DNA of 57,172 bases from a virus (Duplodnaviria > Caudoviricetes). The stretch spans positions 1 to 57,172 of the IMG/VR virus record IMGVR_UViG_3300046757_000226, one strand, 5' to 3'. Positions 38,817-45,821 of the stretch are shown in pieces. Position numbers and translations under genes: made by a program. The first letter of the stretch is position 1. Each line of letters starts with the position of its first letter. The notes below the pieces were generated by a model that was not told the DNA's origin, did no database searches, and worked only from the letters and a program-made list of their open reading frames with translations.

Positions 38817-39652
38817 AGAACTTTAATTTTTTTAGTGACTGACTTATGAGGAAGTTTTATTTTCTCGGCCCAAGGACAAAACGCACATTGTGATTGTGGT
38901 TCCAATCTAGTTTTACTCCATTCGGGTAATTCTTCAGCAGTACATCCTAGGTCTTGCTCTGCTAGTTTTTTATACTTTCCGTCAATTTGGAAATGTTTTG
39001 ATAGTTGGGGGAGCATTGCTTGTCTTGCGCATCTATAAAATCTACCTTCTAAAAAATACATACAATGACGTGCAATACAGTTTTTATGTGCAGTTTCTAC
39101 ATCATATAATTTATCCCAAGTAAGTTTTTGTCCTGGCTTTGCAATTAAACTTTCTTTAAAAAAGAACCACGATTCACTTATTTTAGCAATTTGAACCTCG
39201 CCTAACCAAACTTGGTAATGCGTATAAGCATCTTCGTCATCTGAATAGTATTTTTTCATTACTGCATGTGGACATTCGTCTTGAAACCATTGAAATATTG
39301 CAGCTAAATCAACAGGAGAATGTGCAGAAATTTCTAATTGCCAATCTCTAGTTATCCAATTATCAGGTAGGCTATTTAGATTACGTCCATTTGTTACAAC
39401 CCATTTGTCTCGATGGTGTTCCCAAACATCATCAACTAAATCCATCCATTCATGTAAATACGGATTAGTTGTAGGCTCTCCTCCTAGTATTGCAATAAAG
39501 TCAACCCAAACGTTCTTTTTAAGTTTTCCTAATTCATTCCAATCAGGTTTAAAGTGTCCACCCCAATTTAAATTGTTATATGTAAAACAACTAGGACATG
39601 CGATATCACATGTATGGCTAATATATAGACTTAGTTCTGGCAAAGTTAGCAT
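38807..39652 (-). CDS. radical SAM enzyme (C-terminal RC...CxxCP type)
   Basis: CDIACPSC, LGGEP, VTNG, GRFYRC...CAFCP. Confidence 0.88.
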   Translation of the reverse strand: MLTLPELSLYISHTCDIACPSCFTYNNLNWGGHFKPDWNELGKLKKNVWVDFIAILGGEPTTNPYLHEWMDLVDDVWEHHRDKWVVTNGRNLNSLPDNWITRDWQLEISAHSPVDLAAIFQWFQDECPHAVMKKYYSDDEDAYTHYQVWLGEVQIAKISESWFFFKESLIAKPGQKLTWDKLYDVETAHKNCIARHCMYFLEGRFYRCARQAMLPQLSKHFQIDGKYKKLAEQDLGCTAEELPEWSKTRLEPQSQCAFCPWAEKIKLPHKSVTKKIKVLQV

Positions 39653-39739
39653 ACAGTATTTATGGTGTTATCAGAAGTCTTTGTTTAAGATAGAATCATA
39701 GATAAGTATACTATATGACATGAAGAAAGGAAATAGATG
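39650..39739. promoter_or_regulatory. divergent late-type promoter pair
   Basis: Minus: TAAATA (39662-39657), 4 nt, ATG 39652. Plus: TAAGTA (39703-39708), then ATG-ACA-TGA minigene, AAGGA SD and ATG 39737. Confidence 0.65.
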
Positions 39740-40813
39740 AAAATTTCTGAAATACCCGGATTAGGATCTTTTGGACATTATATCGATGATGTTGACTTTT
39801 CACACCTGTCAAAAGAAGAATGGTTTGAAATAGGAAGAATACACCTAAACGGTCTTGTAACAATACTTAGGAACGTCAACATAACAAGAGATCAGTATGT
39901 TGCACGTATAAGAGAATGGGGACCAAATAAAGGAACCCGTAATTCACGAGCACACTTTAAAATTAAATATGGAGAAAACTTTGATCCTAAAAACGAAGGA
40001 GCGTTTGACCAGTTTAATGTTAGCGAAGAAGATCGTAATTATTTAAAATTTAAACGTCACTTTGTTGAACAAACAGAAGGCGGCAATTATCTTACACGTA
40101 TTAGTGGAGAAAGAGATGCTGAAGGTAATTCTCTAGGAGCATTTTCGGATGGCGAACTATATTGGCACAGTAATGAATCTAGCGAATTAACTTTTGCACC
40201 AGAAGTAGCACTATTAGGCTATCAAAATATGACTGGCAGTAGTACTGGATTTGTACAAACTGCGGATCTTTATCAATCTTTTAGTGACAGTTTCCGTAGT
40301 GAACTTGATGAAATGGTTGTAATTCATGAATATATTCCAGGCGGCATTAATGACAGAGAAATTACAGATCCTAATTTAGGTAACGTACTAAGGATGGAAT
40401 TTTGTCAGTTTGACGGATCAGAAGTTCCTATGGTGTTAACAAGTCCGGGCGGACACAAAGGACTACACTATACAACTAATACTGCAACTGGTATTAAAGG
40501 CATGACCAAAGAAGAGTCTAGTAAAATATTTAAAATAATTGACGAGAAATTGTTTACAGACAAATATGTTTACGATCATAAATATGTAACAGATAATGAG
40601 CTGTTATTGTTTGATAACTCTATTACAATGCATAGAAGAAAAGACCCAGGACATCCTAATAGACTGGCATACAGAATACAGTATGATCCGTCTAATGTTT
40701 TAGATAGTCCTTGGTATCCGTACAATCATTTACCTAAATATGCAGAAAAATATAAAAAGCAAACACACGAGCTTATTAATCTTTTACAATTAACGGATTT
40801 TAAATTACCATAA
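39737..40813 (+). CDS. TauD/TfdA-family dioxygenase
   Basis: GLVTILRN, LYWHSN, STGF, LLFDNSITMHRR, RLAYRI. Confidence 0.8.
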   Translation: MKISEIPGLGSFGHYIDDVDFSHLSKEEWFEIGRIHLNGLVTILRNVNITRDQYVARIREWGPNKGTRNSRAHFKIKYGENFDPKNEGAFDQFNVSEEDRNYLKFKRHFVEQTEGGNYLTRISGERDAEGNSLGAFSDGELYWHSNESSELTFAPEVALLGYQNMTGSSTGFVQTADLYQSFSDSFRSELDEMVVIHEYIPGGINDREITDPNLGNVLRMEFCQFDGSEVPMVLTSPGGHKGLHYTTNTATGIKGMTKEESSKIFKIIDEKLFTDKYVYDHKYVTDNELLLFDNSITMHRRKDPGHPNRLAYRIQYDPSNVLDSPWYPYNHLPKYAEKYKKQTHELINLLQLTDFKLP

Positions 40814-42666
40814 TGAAAAATGTTTATCTCTTTCAAGTGAACTATCAAATGGGTCACGGACAATATACTAGTCTTTGGCTACCCTATAGCATTGCTTCGG
40901 TTTGGACCTATGTAAATCAATTTGAAGAAGTTAGTAGTAATTTTAAAATAAAAGAGTGTATATTTAAACGTGAAGAATTTGAAGATGTTCTTGCAAGATT
41001 AGATAATCCTGATGTTTGCTTGTTTAGTCATTACCTTTGGAATGATAGTTATAACCTACAACTAGCAAAATTAATTAAACAAAGATTTCCTAATACTATT
41101 ATAATATTCGGCGGACCACAAGTTGATGAAATAGGATTTAATTTTACTCTTGCTAATCCATTTGTTGATGCTATTGTAGTAAATGAAGGAGAAGTATCGT
41201 TACATCATCTGCTAAAGGATTACTTAAACAACGAACTAAAGCCAATTTATCAAATACAAAAGAGAGTAGATCCTGCAGGATTGCCAAGTCCATTTGTAGA
41301 TGGCGATATTTTACAGACAGTAGTAGATGATAATCCAGGTATTAAATGGGCTACGTGTTTAGAAACAAACAGAGGATGTCCGTTTAGTTGTACATTCTGT
41401 GATTGGGGTAGTTTAACGCAAGCAAAAATTAAAAAGTTTGATCTTGGCAAAGTCTTTAGTGAATGGGATTGGATTGTAAATAACGGTATTGAGTACGTAC
41501 ATATAGCAGATGCTAACTTTGGTGTGTTTTATGATCGTGATAAAGAAATTGTTGATTACATTGTTAAAAAGAAAAAAGAAACAGACTATCCACACAATGT
41601 AAGTGCTACGTGGTATAAAAATAGTGCTGAAAAAATGATTGGACTAGCAAAGATACTTGAAGATGTAAATCTTAACAAAGGATTTACGTTAAGTGTACAA
41701 AGTATGAATGAAGAAACATTAGATAGCATTGAACGTAAGAATATGGAAATGTCAAAGTTAGCTGATATGTATGCAGAGTGTGACAAACAAGATGTTGCAT
41801 ACTACACTGAGTTTATATTAGGATTGCCTTTTGAAACAAAACAAACGTGGCGAGAAGGATTGTGTGCAGCAGTAGAAGCAGGTTGTCATTTCTTTATTGA
41901 TATACATCCGTTAGAAGTATTAAAAAACAGTCAATTTGCAAAACAAGTAAAAGAATTTAATTACGAAGTATTTAATTTTTCTGTTACTATGCCTAATCAA
42001 ATATCACGTATACCAGAAAACCATAACTATGTAATTGCTAGTGAGTTTATGTCACGTCAAGACTATATTGATTCTTGGATGTGGGGCTGGGTAATGTTAC
42101 ACTTTCATCATTATGCGTGGACACAAGGACTTGCTAAATTTGCACGTCAACATATGGATATTTCATATTTAGATTTCTATGAAGACTTACTTGAAAATTG
42201 TATTAGAAAAGATAAACTTCTAAATACGTTGTATGAACAACAAGAACAGCAATTAAAAGACTTCTTTTGGAATACCGAAAGTGGTGTAGTGTTTGATAAC
42301 GATAATGTCATTGTTGTATTAAATCAAATTGAATGGCATAAAAATAGAGAACAAGTTCTTAATAGCATTGAAAAATGGGCTGTAAACTTTTTCAAAGATC
42401 TAGACAACGACTTAGTCAGTGAAGTTATACGTTTTTCAGAAACATATCTTGTTAACAAAGACAATAGCTTTGATTACACTAAAAACTTTGAATATAATAT
42501 AAATGAAGTATGTAATGAAAATGCTAAATTAACTAAAGAAAAATATACATATAATTTTAAACATAAGTTTAAATGGACAGATGATAAAGACTTTAAAGAT
42601 AAACTATTCTATAAAAACAGAAACGGGTTTAGTATTAAGAAAGTAGAAAGGATTAGCAATGCCTAA
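40813..42666 (+). CDS. cobalamin-dependent (class B) radical SAM enzyme, probable methyltransferase
   Basis: N-terminal B12-binding-like domain (FSHYLWN, IFGGP, NEGE), ETNRGCPFSCTFC, ADANFG, EFILGLP. Confidence 0.88.
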   Translation: MKNVYLFQVNYQMGHGQYTSLWLPYSIASVWTYVNQFEEVSSNFKIKECIFKREEFEDVLARLDNPDVCLFSHYLWNDSYNLQLAKLIKQRFPNTIIIFGGPQVDEIGFNFTLANPFVDAIVVNEGEVSLHHLLKDYLNNELKPIYQIQKRVDPAGLPSPFVDGDILQTVVDDNPGIKWATCLETNRGCPFSCTFCDWGSLTQAKIKKFDLGKVFSEWDWIVNNGIEYVHIADANFGVFYDRDKEIVDYIVKKKKETDYPHNVSATWYKNSAEKMIGLAKILEDVNLNKGFTLSVQSMNEETLDSIERKNMEMSKLADMYAECDKQDVAYYTEFILGLPFETKQTWREGLCAAVEAGCHFFIDIHPLEVLKNSQFAKQVKEFNYEVFNFSVTMPNQISRIPENHNYVIASEFMSRQDYIDSWMWGWVMLHFHHYAWTQGLAKFARQHMDISYLDFYEDLLENCIRKDKLLNTLYEQQEQQLKDFFWNTESGVVFDNDNVIVVLNQIEWHKNREQVLNSIEKWAVNFFKDLDNDLVSEVIRFSETYLVNKDNSFDYTKNFEYNINEVCNENAKLTKEKYTYNFKHKFKWTDDKDFKDKLFYKNRNGFSIKKVERISNA

Positions 42667-43147
42667 GTTTGTAACTAATGTAGAACCATTTTGGCAACAA
42701 GAATTAAAGGATCATACATACGCTAGGACAGTAGACTGGAGTGCAAAAAACTTTGATCATCTGAATAAAGAAGATTATAATACTGGACATTTATTGCAAA
42801 GTTTTAACGAAGAGTTACCGTTGTGTGCAGACGCTTTTAAAGACGTCTTAGACGCTCATACAGCGTCTGTAAGCTGGACTTGTATAAAGCCCAATGTAAT
42901 ACTTCCAACACATAAAGACACCTTTTATACGCTTAGACAGGAGCATAATGTAGAGCTAGATGATTGTTATAGATATTTAATTTTTTTAGAAGATTGGATA
43001 TTTGGACAATATGTAGGCTTTGAGCATTGTAGTATTACTAAATGGAAAGCTGGAGATGTATGGTGTTTTACAGGACACGAATTGCACTATGCAGTAAATG
43101 CTAGTGCATTGAATTTTCATTCATGTCAGGTAAGTACGTTTAGTTAG
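42659..43147 (+). CDS. Fe(II)/2OG or cupin-type oxygenase
   Basis: ILPTHKD, LHYAVN. Confidence 0.65.
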   Translation: MPKFVTNVEPFWQQELKDHTYARTVDWSAKNFDHLNKEDYNTGHLLQSFNEELPLCADAFKDVLDAHTASVSWTCIKPNVILPTHKDTFYTLRQEHNVELDDCYRYLIFLEDWIFGQYVGFEHCSITKWKAGDVWCFTGHELHYAVNASALNFHSCQVSTFS

Positions 43148-44301
43148 TGTAAGTCAGTCCAAGCACTGCCATTGTACACTTGTGCTTTGTTTGTAGCAGT
43201 TAGATAAATCATCATTCCTGCTTCTGGAGAAGCAATTGCAGCATCACGTGCAGTTGTATCAGCATAACTCATTAATTTAGCAGGACCAAAGAAAGATGTT
43301 TTTTGCATATGGTCAACGCTTAGTGCCGCAACAATTCCACTTACTGGATTTGCTGTAGCAATAAGGAAGTCACCTGGAACAATACCTGCTGATGGAGCAG
43401 CACCTACGCTAGTCTGTAATACAACAGAAGCTTGTGCATTATTATTTGAGTCGTAACCAAAATAGTTAATACCCATAAGTTCGTCATCAGCTTGGTTGCC
43501 TACTGGTGCTGCTAGTGTTCCTCTTGATCTAATATAATTAATTGCTGAGCCTACATCGCTGTTTGATGCACTGTAAATTGTAAATAGATCGTATTCGTCA
43601 TCGGCGTTTTGTTCAGTCCTTATTGACAGCCCGCCTGTAGCACCTTGTGTTTGAGATGATTCAATTTTCAAAGTGCCTGTTACAACACTATTGGTTGATT
43701 TACTTGATAAGTTATCTACAGGACCTGTAATAACACTGTTTACACCGTCTACTAGTAATGAACTATCATCGCCATGTACACTACCTTTTACATCGCCTTG
43801 TACGTCACCAAATAGTAAACCTCTAAAAGAGTTTGTATCTGTGTCAACTAGTAGTGTAGAATCATCTCCGTAAATATTAATTCTGTAGTTCATCTGCTCT
43901 TGGAAGATAGATGTTATAGGTGTTGTAATAAAGTTAAAACCGTCAAAGATTAAAATATCTAATGCATTAACATTGGTATAATCTACGTCAGTAAGATCGT
44001 TCATTCCAATTGGACTAGCACCAGGAATTGGAATTGGCTCCCACTTATTTGATGCTCCAACAAATGTTAGTACATCACCATCTGTGTAACCTGCTAAGTC
44101 GGTATCAGTTAAGCCGTTCAGTGTGCTAGAACCGCCACCACCTCCGCCACCAGAACCAACAACTTCAATACCACCTGTTGCGCTGCCATCACCGATGAAT
44201 AGCTTACCAGTATCGGTTACATATATAAGTTCACCTTCTGCTAAAGGTGTTACTAGATTTTGACGTTCGCTTTCAGTTCCGCGTCTTAAACGTAGTGCCA
44301 T
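43144..44301 (-). CDS. virion fibre/appendage protein (Mtd-N / hyaluronidase-N-like head)
   Basis: LRLRRGT...LAEGELIYVTDTGKLFIGDG, Gly7 linker, L-x-x-LTD-x-D repeats, GDDS-x-LLVD repeat, C-terminal GMMIY...YNGSAW. Confidence 0.7.
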   Translation of the reverse strand: MALRLRRGTESERQNLVTPLAEGELIYVTDTGKLFIGDGSATGGIEVVGSGGGGGGGSSTLNGLTDTDLAGYTDGDVLTFVGASNKWEPIPIPGASPIGMNDLTDVDYTNVNALDILIFDGFNFITTPITSIFQEQMNYRINIYGDDSTLLVDTDTNSFRGLLFGDVQGDVKGSVHGDDSSLLVDGVNSVITGPVDNLSSKSTNSVVTGTLKIESSQTQGATGGLSIRTEQNADDEYDLFTIYSASNSDVGSAINYIRSRGTLAAPVGNQADDELMGINYFGYDSNNNAQASVVLQTSVGAAPSAGIVPGDFLIATANPVSGIVAALSVDHMQKTSFFGPAKLMSYADTTARDAAIASPEAGMMIYLTATNKAQVYNGSAWTDLH

Positions 44302-44336
44302 TTGTTATACTCCTGGAATAATCTTCTTGCTAGTAG

Positions 44337-44355
44337 TATTTATGCAATTTGTCAA
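44337..44355 (-). promoter_or_regulatory. late-type TAAATA promoter with upstream TTGACA
   Basis: TTGACA (44355-44350), 7 nt, TAAATA (44342-44337); AGGAG SD before ATG 44301; no good sigma70 -10 at 17 nt. Confidence 0.6.
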
Positions 44356-44360
44356 ATAAC

Positions 44361-44684
44361 TCATTGACGCTTTTTCATAAATGTTTTGGTACGTTCTTTA
44401 ACATCATTTACTACTTTAGAAGTATTAAGCCTAAAATCAACGTGTGATATAGATTCATCGTATTCTGTGAAAAAAGCATCTAAACTATTCTCAATTTCAT
44501 CAATATTTACCTGCTCTTTATCGTCAATTGGATCAACGTTGATTTCCCATACTTTACCGTCTAAAAAATGTACATGCACACTGTGAATGTATTGTATAGG
44601 AACGGCTTTAATTTCAACATCACCGAACACTTCTGGCCAATGTTTAATAACTTCTGGTGGCAATTTTCCTCTTTGTTTAGGCAC
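44361..44684 (-). CDS. hypothetical protein
   Basis: 107-aa ORF in a co-oriented overlapping run; GTG start. Confidence 0.7.
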   Translation of the reverse strand: MPKQRGKLPPEVIKHWPEVFGDVEIKAVPIQYIHSVHVHFLDGKVWEINVDPIDDKEQVNIDEIENSLDAFFTEYDESISHVDFRLNTSKVVNDVKERTKTFMKKRQ

Positions 44685-45258
44685 TTTGAGTTGACTTCGC
44701 TTTAGACTTCTTCTTTGTCGGTACTAATTCTTCAGCCATTTCTCTAAGTTGTTTTGCTTCTTTATACAAACGATCAGCGTCTGATCTATACTTAGCCGCT
44801 AAGGCAGCATCATCTAATACGTCAGACGAGCTAGTATCGCTAGTTGGTACGTCACTCACTGATGCTAATGTTTCTGGACCTTTCATTGCTAAGTCTGCTA
44901 CGCTAACACCTTTTTGTTGTGCAATTACTTCATTCAAATCAGACAACAAAATAGCTGAATTTGAATTAGGAACCATTTCAACATCAGATGTTTTAACTTT
45001 AACCATTTTACCTGTTTTATGGAATCTAGCTAACATAGTGCTACCGTCTGATAATTTAGTTCTAGCCATTACTGTAGCAAGATCTTCAGCTTCTTGACCT
45101 GCTGGAGATTCTACTAACTTAATTAGCGAGTCGTGATCGGCTGCTTCTAAATTTTCTGTAGTTACGACTACACAATGATCAGCATCATTAGGTAGAGTTT
45201 TATATGCAACTACGATTCTTCTTTTATTTTGGACCATTCGTCCTACATGCTTTAACAT
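44677..45258 (-). CDS. hypothetical protein
   Basis: 193-aa ORF with GGAG SD; helical, basic C-terminus. Confidence 0.75.
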   Translation of the reverse strand: MLKHVGRMVQNKRRIVVAYKTLPNDADHCVVVTTENLEAADHDSLIKLVESPAGQEAEDLATVMARTKLSDGSTMLARFHKTGKMVKVKTSDVEMVPNSNSAILLSDLNEVIAQQKGVSVADLAMKGPETLASVSDVPTSDTSSSDVLDDAALAAKYRSDADRLYKEAKQLREMAEELVPTKKKSKAKSTQSA

Positions 45259-45259
45259 A

Positions 45260-45502
45260 TTATGCTCCTTGTGGGGGTTGCTGGTTTGCTGTTACAGCAC
45301 CCAAAAATGCATCTAATTTGTTGTAAGTTTGACCAACTGTCATCATTTCATTTGGCTTAAATGCTCCACGCTGACTTGCAACATCAATGATGCTTTTTAA
45401 TGCTTGTAAATCAGTAACAGTTAAATCAGGTGCCTGTGCCGCTTCAGCAGTTGCTTGATCTGGTGCTTCTGTTACTTCAGCGGTAGTTTGTTCATCGCTC
45501 AT
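45260..45502 (-). CDS. hypothetical protein
   Basis: 80 aa, AAGGAG SD, upstream TAAATA at 45541-45536. Confidence 0.75.
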   Translation of the reverse strand: MSDEQTTAEVTEAPDQATAEAAQAPDLTVTDLQALKSIIDVASQRGAFKPNEMMTVGQTYNKLDAFLGAVTANQQPPQGA

Positions 45503-45538
45503 AATAATCTCCTTGTATAGTATATATGCGCATATTAT

Positions 45539-45820
45539 TTATTTGTACTTCAAATGTGGACACGCTAACATGAAATAACTCATGTCTTTTCCGTCCTCAA
45601 AACCTATTGTAAGTACTTGGGTAAGTTTATTATCATCATTAAGAATAATGTTTTTACCTACAAAGAATCTATTTTTTAAATGACCTTTAATCCATTTGCA
45701 AATAGAATCTTCTAAGTTATAAGATAGTGAAACGTCAATATATTCAAAGCACGTAGGAGGATGTTTTAACCTACGTACATTAAAAACTTCTAACGGATTT
45801 ACTTTCTTTTCTTTTATCAT
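45539..45820 (-). CDS. hypothetical protein
   Basis: ATG 45820 lies just after the upstream stop; fills the gap. Confidence 0.65.
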   Translation of the reverse strand: MIKEKKVNPLEVFNVRRLKHPPTCFEYIDVSLSYNLEDSICKWIKGHLKNRFFVGKNIILNDDNKLTQVLTIGFEDGKDMSYFMLACPHLKYK

Positions 45821-45821
45821 T

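Noticed and set aside
784-43147. RiPP cluster interpretation (many SPASM/Twitch rSAM enzymes)
   Set aside because: No short precursor-peptide ORF, PqqD/RRE domain, peptidase or exporter is visible, and intergenic gaps are too small. The GT and sugar-nucleotide genes point elsewhere. A precursor outside the window cannot be excluded.
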